DNA of 64,000 bases from an uncultured Acidobacteriota bacterium. GTDB lineage: Bacteria; Acidobacteriota; Thermoanaerobaculia; Multivoradales; UBA5704. Under the pieces are notes generated by a model. It saw only the letters and a program-made list of their open reading frames with translations. It searched no databases and was not told where the DNA came from. Position numbers and translations under genes: made by a program. Location of the stretch: assembly GCA_963700145.1 (NCBI GenBank), contig OY969474.1, positions 2,976,001 to 3,040,000 of the forward strand, in the 5' to 3' direction. Positions 19,300-30,528 of the stretch are shown here, piece after piece. How positions within the stretch are numbered: the first letter of the stretch is position 1; each line of letters begins with the position of its first letter.

Positions 19300-20048
19300 C
19301 ACGACGCCGGCCCGCGCCGGTGGACCAGCGTCGCCGTCGCCTGGTCGCGCGGGCGGACGACGATCTCGTCGATGTTGACGTGCGGCGGGCGGGTGGCCGC
19401 CCAGACCACGCAGTCGGCGATGTCCTCGGGGGTGAGCGGGTCGAGGCCGCGGTAGACGGCCTTGGCGCGCTCCTCGTCGCCGAAGAGGCGGACGCGCGAA
19501 AAGTCGGTCTCGACCAGCCCCGGCGCGATCTCGGTCACCCGCACCGGCTGCCCGAGCAGCTCGAGCCGGAGGGTGCGCGTCAGCGCCCGCAGCGCGTGCT
19601 TCGAGGCGGTGTAGCCGGCGCCGCCGGCGTAGGTCTCGAAGCCGGCGATCGAGCCCAGGTTGACGACGTGGCCGTCGCCCGAGGCGAGGAGCGCGGGCAG
19701 GAGAGCGCGCGTCATCCGCAGGACGCCGAGGACGTTGGTCTGGTACATGGCGAGCCACCGCTCGTCGAGCGCGTCCTCGATGCGGTCGGTGCCGTAGGCG
19801 GCGCCGGCGTTGTTGACCAGCAGGTCGCAGGCCGGCACCTCGGCCGCGAAGCGCTCGACGCTCACCGCATCCGCCACGTCCAACCGCACCGCCCGCCCCC
19901 CGATCTCCGCCGCCAACGGCTCCAGCCTCTCCATCCGCCGCGCCCCCACGACGACCGCGAACCCCGCCCGCGCCAGCCCCCGAGCCGTCGCCGCCCCGAT
20001 CCCGGCGCTAGCCCCCGTCACCGCCGCCACTTTCCTCGTGTTCGTCAT
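19299..20048 (-). CDS. short-chain dehydrogenase/reductase (YdfG-like)
   Basis: TGASAGIG, NNAG, YTASK, PPHVNI. Confidence 0.93.
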   Translation of the reverse strand: MTNTRKVAAVTGASAGIGAATARGLARAGFAVVVGARRMERLEPLAAEIGGRAVRLDVADAVSVERFAAEVPACDLLVNNAGAAYGTDRIEDALDERWLAMYQTNVLGVLRMTRALLPALLASGDGHVVNLGSIAGFETYAGGAGYTASKHALRALTRTLRLELLGQPVRVTEIAPGLVETDFSRVRLFGDEERAKAVYRGLDPLTPEDIADCVVWAATRPPHVNIDEIVVRPRDQATATLVHRRGPAS

Positions 20049-20081
20049 TTTCTTTCCCGTAAGCAGGCCACAGACGGTGCC

Positions 20082-20248
20082 AGGGGGCGGCGCGGGGTGC
20101 TTCCCCGGGAAGCTCTGAGCGAGCGCCTGGCAAGAACTGTCGCAGGCCCCGATCGATCTGGCGCGAAGCGAAGCGCAGGCGCGCGCCCCCCCGACGCAGT
20201 CCTCTTGGCGCGCGCCGGTTCCCGGGGAAGCACCCCGCGCCGCCCCCT
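20082..20248 (-). repeat. 167-bp structured palindromic element (copy A)
   Basis: Perfect 30-bp terminal inverted repeat (20082-20111 / 20219-20248); core homologous to 44092-44250 in opposite orientation. Confidence 0.85.
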
Positions 20249-20252
20249 CACC

Positions 20253-20951
20253 TCACACCTCCGCCGAAGGGCACAGTTCATTCACCACGCACCTCCCGCA
20301 CTCCGGCCGCCGCGCCTTGCACACGCTCCGCCCGTGGTAGATCAGCAGGTGCGACCAGAGCGTCCACTCCTCCTGCGGCACCAGCTCCATCAGATCGCGC
20401 TCGATCTTCTCCGGGTCCGTCTCGTCCGTCAGCCCCAGCCGCCGCGACAGCCGCTGCACGTGCGTGTCCACCACCACTCCGACGTTCTTGCCGAAGGCGT
20501 TGCCCAAGACCACGTTCGCCGTCTTCCGCCCCACCCCCGGCAGCGCGTGCAGCTCCTCCATCGTCGCCGGCACCTCGCCGCCGTGCTCGGCCACCAGCGC
20601 CTGCCCCAGCCCCTTCAGCGCCTTCGCCTTGTTGCGGAAGAACCCGGTCGTCTTGACCATCTCCTCGAGGTCGGCGAGCGGCGCCTCGGCGTAGTGCCGC
20701 GCGCTCGGGTAGCGGCGGAAGAGCGCCGGCGTCACCTCGTTGACCCGCTTGTCGGTGCACTGGGCGGAGAGGATCGTCGCCACCAGGAGCTCGAGCGGGT
20801 TGCGGTGATCGAGGGCGGTGCGGCTGTCGGGGTAGGCGGCGCGCAGGCGGGCGTCGATCTCGGCGGTGCGCAGGCGCTTGCCCCGCCGCGACTCCCGCCG
20901 CGCCTCGGCCGGCGTGATCCCGGCCCGCGCCTTCGCCCGCCGCGGCGCCAC
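20253..20951 (-). CDS. nth: endonuclease III
   Basis: LSAQCTDKRVN, LPGVGRKTANVV, VDTHV, C-x6-C-x2-C-x5-C cluster. Confidence 0.97.
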   Translation of the reverse strand: MAPRRAKARAGITPAEARRESRRGKRLRTAEIDARLRAAYPDSRTALDHRNPLELLVATILSAQCTDKRVNEVTPALFRRYPSARHYAEAPLADLEEMVKTTGFFRNKAKALKGLGQALVAEHGGEVPATMEELHALPGVGRKTANVVLGNAFGKNVGVVVDTHVQRLSRRLGLTDETDPEKIERDLMELVPQEEWTLWSHLLIYHGRSVCKARRPECGRCVVNELCPSAEV

Positions 20952-20954
20952 CGC

Positions 20955-21302
20955 TCAGTCCTTGGCGAAGGCCGCCCGCACGACCCAGTTGCAGAGCGCG
21001 ATGATCAGCCCGCCGAGGATCGCCGGCAGGCAGCCGTCCACCGCCAGCTCGTCGAGGAAGGCGGCGGCGAGCCAGAGGATGAGGCCGTTGATCAGCAAAT
21101 AGAAGAGCCCGAGCGTCAGGACGATGAAGGGCAGCGAGAAGAAGGTGACGATCGGCTTGACCAGGAGGTTCAGCAGGCCGAGCACCAGCCCGGCCAAGAG
21201 CAGGTAGAGGAGGTCGCCGGTGTAGACGATCCCGGGCACCAGGCGCGCCGCCAGCCAGACGGCCGCGCCGTTCGCCAACACCTGGACGACGGCGCGGATC
21301 AA
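20955..21302 (-). CDS. 4-TM membrane protein (YvlD/DUF360, phage-holin-like family)
   Basis: LGLLNLLVKPIVTFFSLPFIVLTLGLFYLLING; TTG start overlapping the yqgE stop. Confidence 0.85.
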   Translation of the reverse strand: MIRAVVQVLANGAAVWLAARLVPGIVYTGDLLYLLLAGLVLGLLNLLVKPIVTFFSLPFIVLTLGLFYLLINGLILWLAAAFLDELAVDGCLPAILGGLIIALCNWVVRAAFAKD

Positions 21303-21901
21303 TTGGTCGTCTCCTCGCCCCCGCCGGCGGAAGGGAAGGAGGGGAGGGCGGCGGGATCGACCCCCACCGAGCGCAGGGCGTTGCTCCAGATGCGCTCGGG
21401 GTCGGGGCCGAAGATGAGGTCGTTGTCGACCGGCGCGGTGAGCCAGTCGTTGCGCAGGATCTCGTCGAGGAGCTGCCCGGCGCCCCAGCCGGCGTAGCCG
21501 AGGATCAGGCGGAAGCGGTCCGGCGGCTTCTCGGCCAGCTCGGAGAGGTCGCCGATGTGCTGGGTGATGGCGATCCCCGGCAGGATCCAGGAGGAGGTCT
21601 CGCCGAGCGCGTTGTCGCCGGCGCCGCCGTCCTCGGGGGTCCACAGGACGGTGCCGAGCTGCGGCTGCACCGGGCCGCCGAAGTAGGCCACCGCCTCGTC
21701 GCGGCCGCGCCAGGAGACCTCCATGCCGGAGAGGATCTCGCTCACCCGGATGCCGGTCGGGCGGTTGACGATGAAGCCGAAGCTGCCGCCGTCCTCGTGA
21801 TGGGCGAGCAGGACGACGCTGCGGTGGAAGAAGGGGTCGAGCACTTGGGGCATGGCCAGCAGCAGGACGGGGGCCGTCAGCTCCGACCCGGCGCTCGACA
21901 T
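21299..21901 (-). CDS. yqgE: YqgE/AlgH family protein
   Basis: LLLAMPQVLDPFFHRSVV, GFIVNRP, FGGPV, GYAGWGAGQL. Confidence 0.92.
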   Translation of the reverse strand: MSSAGSELTAPVLLLAMPQVLDPFFHRSVVLLAHHEDGGSFGFIVNRPTGIRVSEILSGMEVSWRGRDEAVAYFGGPVQPQLGTVLWTPEDGGAGDNALGETSSWILPGIAITQHIGDLSELAEKPPDRFRLILGYAGWGAGQLLDEILRNDWLTAPVDNDLIFGPDPERIWSNALRSVGVDPAALPSFPSAGGGEETTN

Positions 21902-21947
21902 GCGCAGATCGTACTACCTCTAAACGCCCTCTGTTATCGTGCCCCGC

Positions 21948-24691
<2,744 letters not shown>

Positions 24692-24692
<1 letters not shown>

Positions 24693-24732
24693 AAACAAAA
24701 AGCCCCGCGCCGTGGAGGGAGACGACGCGGGG
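24692..24732 (-). terminator. intrinsic terminator on the minus strand
   Basis: 11-bp stem ccccgcgtcgt/acggcgcgggg, loop ctccctcc, then ctttttgtttt on the - strand. Confidence 0.7.
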
Positions 24733-24815
24733 GGAGGAGAGGGAGCTGATGGTGATTGCCGGAGCACTCGCTCCCGGGTCGGGCCCAACTCCCAGCAACC
24801 CGTCCCGCTACGTTT
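24693..24815 (-). ncRNA. candidate small RNA with CU-rich anti-SD motifs
   Basis: Minus-strand terminator between two plus-strand genes; CUCCCUCUCCUCC linker, CUCCCUCC loop, upstream hairpin ccgggagcgagtgctccgg. Confidence 0.4.
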
Positions 24816-24830
24816 AACCTACGGCAAACA

Positions 24831-26492
24831 TTGGAGATTCCCGGCCTACGGCGTCCTCGCGCGGGGGCGGAGCGTCCTCCGGAAGCGACGGCCCGCCTCC
24901 GCTCCCTGGGGCTCGCCCTCGGGCTCGCCGTCCTCACCGTCCTCGTCTTCGCGCCGGTCGTCGGGAACGACTTCGTCAGCCTCGACGACCCGGCCTACGT
25001 CACCGCCAACCGCCAGGTCCGGCGCGGGCTCACCGCCGAGGGCTTCGCCTGGGCCTGGGGCGCCGAGGTCGCCGCCAACTGGCACCCGCTGACCCTGCTC
25101 TCGCACATGCTCGACTGCGAGCTCTACGGCCTCTACCCGGGCGGCCACCACCTGACGAGCCTCCTCCTCCACGCCGCCAACGCGGTGCTGCTCTTCCTCG
25201 TCTGGCGGCGGCTGACCGGCGCCGCCGCGCGCAGCGCCGTCGTCGCCTCCCTCTTCGCGGTCCACCCGCTGCACGTCGAGTCGGTGGCCTGGATCGCCGA
25301 GCGCAAGGACGTCCTCAGCGGCTTCTTCTTCCTCCTGACGCTCGCCGCCTGGCTCGGCTGGGTGCGCCGGCCGACGACGCGCCGTTACCTGCTTGCCCTG
25401 CTCGCCTTTTTGCTGGGGCTGCTCGCCAAGCCGATGCTCGTCACCGTGCCGTTCGTCCTCCTGCTGCTCGACGTCTGGCCGCTCGAGCGCCTGCCGCGCG
25501 GCGCGCCGGCCGCGGAGATCCGGCGCGCTCTCGGCCGGCTGGTGCGCGAGAAGCTGCCGTTCTTCCTCGCCGCCCTGGCCGCCGGCGTCGTGACGCTTTT
25601 CACCCAGCGCGAGGCGATGTTCCCGCTCGCCGCGCTGCCCCCCGCGCAGCGCGCCGCCAACGCCCTGCTCGCCTACGCCGCCTATCTCGGCGACACGCTC
25701 TGGCCGCGCGGCCTCGCCGTCTTCTACCCGCTGCCGCCGGCCCAGCCGGCCTGGCGCGTGGCGCTGGCGGCGGCGCTCTTCGCCGCGCTGACTGCCCTGG
25801 CGCTGGCGCGCCTCCGCCGCTCGCCCTGGCTGGCGGTGGGCTGGCTCTGGTTCGCCGGCATGCTGGTGCCGGTGATCGGGTTGCTGCAGGTGGGGAGCCA
25901 AGGGCGGGCCGACCGTTACACCTACCTGCCGTCGATCGGGCTCTTCGTCGCCGTGGTCTGGGAGGTGTGTGCGCTGGTGCGGCGAAGAGAACGCCCGGCA
26001 CGTAGGCCGGGCGCTACGAGGGCGGTGCTCGCCGCGGCGGCGCTGCTCGTCATCGCTTCGCTCGCCGTCGCCGCACGCGCGCAGGTCGCCACCTGGCGCG
26101 ACAGCCTGACGCTCTTCCGGCACGCCCTCGCGGTGACCGAGCGCAACCTGCTGGCGGAGATGCGGGTGGGGACGGAGCTGGCGCGCCGCGGCGACCACGC
26201 CGGGGCCGAGCGGCACCTGCGCGCGGCGGTGCGCATCGCCCCCGGCGCGCCGCGCCCGCAGGCCGCGCTCGGCCGCTGGCTCCACGAGCGCGGCCGCCCG
26301 GGGGAGGCGCTGCCGCACTTGCGGCAGGCGTCGCGGCTGCGGCCGCGCGACGCCCGCCTCCAGCTGCGGCTGGGCATCGTCCTCGCCGAGCTGGGGCGCA
26401 CGGAGGAGGCGCGCGCGCGCTTCCGGCGGGCGCTCGAGCTCAACCCCGGCCTCGAAGGCGCGCGGCGCAGGCTTGCCGCGCTCGACCGCTAG
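24831..26492 (+). CDS. TMTC-like GT-C glycosyltransferase (protein O-mannosyltransferase-like) with C-terminal TPR; start uncertain
   Basis: FVSLDDPAYV, NWHPLT, HPLHVESVAWIAERKDVL, ADRYTYLP, W-DSLTLF, TPR tail. Confidence 0.88.
   Translation: MEIPGLRRPRAGAERPPEATARLRSLGLALGLAVLTVLVFAPVVGNDFVSLDDPAYVTANRQVRRGLTAEGFAWAWGAEVAANWHPLTLLSHMLDCELYGLYPGGHHLTSLLLHAANAVLLFLVWRRLTGAAARSAVVASLFAVHPLHVESVAWIAERKDVLSGFFFLLTLAAWLGWVRRPTTRRYLLALLAFLLGLLAKPMLVTVPFVLLLLDVWPLERLPRGAPAAEIRRALGRLVREKLPFFLAALAAGVVTLFTQREAMFPLAALPPAQRAANALLAYAAYLGDTLWPRGLAVFYPLPPAQPAWRVALAAALFAALTALALARLRRSPWLAVGWLWFAGMLVPVIGLLQVGSQGRADRYTYLPSIGLFVAVVWEVCALVRRRERPARRPGATRAVLAAAALLVIASLAVAARAQVATWRDSLTLFRHALAVTERNLLAEMRVGTELARRGDHAGAERHLRAAVRIAPGAPRPQAALGRWLHERGRPGEALPHLRQASRLRPRDARLQLRLGIVLAELGRTEEARARFRRALELNPGLEGARRRLAALDR
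25989..26017 (-). repeat. GTAG-type REP element (copy 2), inside a CDS
   Basis: gaacgcccggcacgtaggccgggcgctac, 29/29 reverse complement of 13119-13147. Confidence 0.8.
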
Positions 26493-26504
26493 AATCGCCG
26501 GCCG

Positions 26505-27479
26505 ATGCGCGTCTTTTTGACCGGCGGCACCGGCTACATCGGGAAGGCCCTCTGCCACCGCCTCGTCGAGACCGGCCACGAGGTGCGCGCCCTGGTGCGG
26601 CCGACGAGCGACGCCGCGCCGCTCGCCGCGCTCGGCATCGCCACCTTCCGCGGCGACGTCACCGACCGCGCCTCGATGCGCGAGGGGATGTCGGGCGCCG
26701 ACTGGGTGGTCCACGCCGCGGCCGAGCTCGACGTGCGCGCCCCCGAGGAGCGGATGCGCCGCGTCAACGTCGAAGGGAGCGAGAACGTCGCCTCGCTCGC
26801 CCACAAGCTGGGCGTCGGGCGCTTCCTTTCGGTCTCCTCGATCGCCTACTTCGGCGGCAGCCCGGCGGACGGCGCCGCCGCGGACGAGACCGCCCGGCCG
26901 CTCACCCCCTTCCCCAGCCCCTACAGCGCCACCAAGCACGCCGCCGAGCGCGCGGTCCAGGAGTGGGGCAAACGCGGCCTGCGCGTCAACACCGTCTACC
27001 CGAGCCTGGTCTACGGCCCGCCGGGCAAGCGCGAGGGCGCCAACGCCATCCTGCGGCAGATCATCCGGCGGCGGCTGCCGGCGGTGGTCGGCGGCGACCG
27101 CCGCACGAGCTGGGTCTTCCTCGACGACGTGGTGGACGGCATCGCGCGGGTGATGGAGCGCGCCGCGCCGGGGCGCGACTACGTCCTGGCCGGCGAGATC
27201 GTGCGGCTGCGCGACCTCGTGCGGCGCGTCTGCGCGCTGGCCGGCGTGGCGCCGCCACGCCGCGAGCTGCCGGTCGGGCTGGTGCGCGCCGGCGTCGCGG
27301 TGACCGCCCCGCTCTTCCGTCTCGCCGGACGGCGGCCGCCGTTCCAGCCGTCGCAGATCAGCAGCCTCGCCCGCCACTGGGCCTTCGACGACACCCGCGC
27401 CCGCCGCGAGCTGGAGTGGCGGCCGCGGGGCCTCGACGAGGGGCTGCCGCCGACGGTTGTGTTCCTGCAGGCGAACTAG
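26505..27479 (+). CDS. NAD-dependent epimerase/dehydratase
   Basis: TGGTGYIG, VHAAA, YSATK. Confidence 0.9.
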   Translation: MRVFLTGGTGYIGKALCHRLVETGHEVRALVRPTSDAAPLAALGIATFRGDVTDRASMREGMSGADWVVHAAAELDVRAPEERMRRVNVEGSENVASLAHKLGVGRFLSVSSIAYFGGSPADGAAADETARPLTPFPSPYSATKHAAERAVQEWGKRGLRVNTVYPSLVYGPPGKREGANAILRQIIRRRLPAVVGGDRRTSWVFLDDVVDGIARVMERAAPGRDYVLAGEIVRLRDLVRRVCALAGVAPPRRELPVGLVRAGVAVTAPLFRLAGRRPPFQPSQISSLARHWAFDDTRARRELEWRPRGLDEGLPPTVVFLQAN

Positions 27480-27524
27480 GGCGGAGACGAGCCGCCCGTA
27501 ACGGGCGGAGGCAAGCTCCGCCCC
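27479..27524. repeat. tandem pair of short REP-like hairpins
   Basis: gggcgg-agacgag-ccgccc and gggcggag-gcaag-ctccgccc. Confidence 0.5.
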
Positions 27525-27905
27525 AGTAGCTTCCCGGTGCGTACTGGCAAGACAACGCTGGTAGAGCGGGAGAAGCGGCGCCGCGCTGCGCGGATCGAAG
27601 ACCTGCACGAGCCGCGGCGCGGTCCCCGGCCGCTCGGAGCGGAAGTACCAGAACGCGCCGTCGCCCGAGCATTGGTCGAAGAGGTAGAGGTGCGCCTCTC
27701 CTCAGACTCGGTGGTTTCTTGTCGGTCCTCAGAGTCGTCCCAGGAGGCCACGACCAGCCTTGCGGGCCCTTAGATGGCCGAGTTCAAACAGACAAGCGCC
27801 CGGTACCAAAGCTCGACTCTCCTAGTTGACAAGGCTCGATCTGCGATGCAACCCTTGGATTGCGCCGTCAGTGACGCCTCAACGCTATGTGGTAGAGGAG
27901 CTGCC

Positions 27906-28094
27906 ATGAAATCGATCCGAATTGCTTTCGTGCCTCTCGGAAAACGCGACGACGATGAAATCGACTCGATCCTTGCCGAGCTCAGGAGTGGAGATCTCAG
28001 TGTGAAGGACTATCGCCTCGTCGACCGAGAGCGCCTCCTCTTTGAGGTAGACCTAGAAGCCAGATCCCAGATCGTGCCTCACCTCCTGGACTAG
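27906..28094 (+). CDS. 62-aa hypothetical protein
   Basis: RBS AGAGGAG, TTGACA upstream near 27826, low-GC islet. Confidence 0.55.
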   Translation: MKSIRIAFVPLGKRDDDEIDSILAELRSGDLSVKDYRLVDRERLLFEVDLEARSQIVPHLLD

Positions 28095-28369
28095 CCGCTC
28101 GATGGAGGCTCGCCACGAATGCGACCTCAGGCTGCACTCTCACTCGGTCTCCTGGTTTTCTTGCTTTCGTGCAACCCCCACACACAAGATCGGGCCTCCT
28201 CAAGCACCACGGCTGAGCAGGCGTTCGCACGCAAGAGAGCCTGCTATCAGCTGGGCCAAGCGCGACTCGCCAAAGACCAAGCTGACGACCCCGGCCCCGG
28301 CATCCTGATCGACGGGGAGTGGTGTTACCAAAAGACTCTCAATACTTGTATCTACGCAAGCCAGCGGCA

Positions 28370-29828
28370 GGGGTTGTCCCTCCCGCTGTTGAAAGAGCAA
28401 TGAGGTGAAGGCGGCTCCTCGGCCCACCTGATCGAGAATCGGGTTGGTCGAATAACCGGCCCCGCCAGGGGGCCAAGGAGCCGTGATGAAGACGAGAGCA
28501 GAAAGGCGGGTGGTGTGGCAAGGGGGCCGTGCGGCGCGCATCAGCCACGGGCTACAAGCGCTGCTGCGGCCGATGGTCGAGGGCATCGAGGCCAGCCGCC
28601 AGGGGCTGCTGGAGCTGTTTCACGCCGCGGGCGTCGAGGCCCTGGGGCGGCAGCTCGCGGACGAGGTCGAGGCCGTCGTCGGTCCGAAGCGTCGGCGCAA
28701 TCCGACCCGCGAGGCGTACCGCTGGGGCTCGACGGCGAGCGAGTTCGTGCTGGGTGGCCGCCAGGTGGCGCTGCCGCGACCGCGCGTCCGGCGACGCGAC
28801 GGTGGCGAGATGAGCTTGCCTTCGGTGCGCGCCTTTCAGGACGAAGATCCCTTCACGGAGCGGGTGATCGAGCAGGCGCTGGTCGGCGTCTCGCAGCGCT
28901 GCTACGGTCGGAGCTTGGAGCCGCTCGCAGAGTCGGTGCCGGAGCGCGCGACGAGCAAGAGTGCGGTCCAGCGCCGGCTGGTGGCGGGGACGCGTCGTCT
29001 GCTGGGCGCGTGGCTGCGCCGAGACCTGTCGGACTTCCAGCCCCTGATCCTGATGATCGACGGGCTGGAGGTGGCCGGCCACACCCTGGTGGTGGCACTC
29101 GGCATCGCGCGCGACGGGACCAAGCGGGTGCTCGGCCTGCGTGAAGGCGCGACGGAGAACGCGGCGCTCTGTACCGGCCTGCTCCAGGAGCTGTTGGAGC
29201 GAGGCCTCGCGATGCCGCCGCGCTTCTTGGCGGTGCTCGACGGCGGCAAGGGGCTGCGCAAGGCCGTGCGCGCCGTCTTCGGGGACGCAACCCACGTCCA
29301 GCGCTGCCAGCTCCACAAGCGCCGCAACGTCCGCGACCACCTGCCCAAGCAGCTCCAAGCCCGGGTCGACCGCCTGATGGTCGAGGCCTACCAGAGCGCT
29401 CGCTTCGACCTCGCCAAGCGTCGCCTCGAGCAGCTTGCCCGCTGGCTCGAGCACGCAGGCCACGCGGGCGCCGCGGGCAGCCTGCGCGAGGGCCTCGACG
29501 AGACCCTCACCGCCTTGCGGCTGAAGCTGCCCGACGCTCTGCGCCGGTTGCTCGCCTCGACCAACGCGATCGAGAACACGATCGGCTCGATCCGTACGAC
29601 GACGCGCAACGTCAAGCGCTGGCGCGGCGGCGACATGGTGCTGCGCTGGGTCGCCCTGGCGCTGTGTGACGCGGAGGCTGGCTTCCGGCGTGTCAAGGGA
29701 CATCGGCACCTCGGGGCTCTCGAGCTCGCGCTCGCGGCGATCGAGGAACCGACGAACACCAAGGCCGTGGCATGATCAACCGAGCCGCTTTCCCTCTTTC
29801 GGCTTTCAACAGGGAACGGGGCATCCCC
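28370..29828 (+). mobile_element. IS256-family insertion sequence, 1459 bp
   Basis: Imperfect 26-bp terminal IRs (ggggttgtccctcccgctgttgaaag / ggggatgccccgttccctgttgaaag); 8-bp TSD CAGCGGCA at 28362-28369 and 29829-29836. Confidence 0.93.
28483..29775 (+). CDS. IS256-family (mutator-type) DDE transposase
   Basis: RPRVR, GVSQR, LMIDG, ALGIARDGTKRVLG, VLDGGKGL, QRCQLHKRRN, STNAIE. Confidence 0.95.
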   Translation: MMKTRAERRVVWQGGRAARISHGLQALLRPMVEGIEASRQGLLELFHAAGVEALGRQLADEVEAVVGPKRRRNPTREAYRWGSTASEFVLGGRQVALPRPRVRRRDGGEMSLPSVRAFQDEDPFTERVIEQALVGVSQRCYGRSLEPLAESVPERATSKSAVQRRLVAGTRRLLGAWLRRDLSDFQPLILMIDGLEVAGHTLVVALGIARDGTKRVLGLREGATENAALCTGLLQELLERGLAMPPRFLAVLDGGKGLRKAVRAVFGDATHVQRCQLHKRRNVRDHLPKQLQARVDRLMVEAYQSARFDLAKRRLEQLARWLEHAGHAGAAGSLREGLDETLTALRLKLPDALRRLLASTNAIENTIGSIRTTTRNVKRWRGGDMVLRWVALALCDAEAGFRRVKGHRHLGALELALAAIEEPTNTKAVA

Positions 29829-30065
29829 CAGCGGCACGACATTCGATTCGAGCATGTCGGTCTCTTCTTCACGACGGTAGACCTCCTTACAAACCACAAC
29901 CTGCTTGTGTACTCCAACCAGGAGCCATCCGACGATCGCGCGTTGCAGCGGTACAACCACCAGCGAAAAGAGCTCTTTGCTCACTGCGAATAGAGAGCCT
30001 TACCGGTTCGGGGTGGGCACTTTCGCTTGACTCCCCTGCCGCGGCGCGGCACGATGCCCGCCGCG

Positions 30066-30440
30066 ATGCACACGGTGTTCAAGGACTTCCAGTTCGCCGC
30101 CGCGCACGCGATCCGCGGCCACACCCGCGGCTGCGAGAACCTGCACGGCCACAACTACCGGGTGCGGGTGCACGTCGCGGCGGACCAGCTCGACGAGCTC
30201 GGCATGGTGCTCGATTTCGCCGACCTCAAGGCGGTGGTGCAGGAGGTCCTGGGGCCCTTCGACCACCGGGTGATCAACGACATCCCGCCGTTCGACCGGC
30301 GCAACACGACCGCCGAGCTGCTCGCCGAGTTCGTCTACCAGGAGGTCGGGCGGCGGCTGGCGGCGACCGAGCGGGTGCGGGTGGCGCGCGTCGAGGTGTG
30401 GGAGAACGAGACCGCCTGCGCCGTCTACGAGCCCTCCTGA
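30066..30440 (+). CDS. queD: 6-carboxy-5,6,7,8-tetrahydropterin synthase
   Basis: FAAAH, CENLHGHNY, GMVLDF, FDHR, TTAE, VWE. Confidence 0.93.
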   Translation: MHTVFKDFQFAAAHAIRGHTRGCENLHGHNYRVRVHVAADQLDELGMVLDFADLKAVVQEVLGPFDHRVINDIPPFDRRNTTAELLAEFVYQEVGRRLAATERVRVARVEVWENETACAVYEPS

Positions 30441-30528
30441 GGCCAACCCTGAGGTAGACTCGGCGGCTCGAAAACCCCGCGCTTAGGCCCTGCGTACACC
30501 TCGCGGCCGGCGGAACCGAAAAAAGGAC

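Larger units (their letters stand above)
28119..29993 (+). pseudogene. Cys-containing lipoprotein gene interrupted by IS256
   Basis: Lipobox LLSC; removing the IS and one TSD copy joins ...YASQR to HDIRFEH...AHCE* in frame (135 aa). Confidence 0.8.

Noticed and set aside
20955-21302. Prophage suggested by a holin-like gene
   Set aside because: This family is commonly chromosomal; no endolysin, structural or integrase genes nearby.
27476-27900. ORFs 27537-27773 (+), 27476-27751 (-) and the N-terminal extension from 27774
   Set aside because: No RBS or recognisable motifs; ATG 27906 has the convincing RBS.
29994-30065. preQ1 riboswitch upstream of queD
   Set aside because: No recognisable preQ1 stem with A-rich tail.
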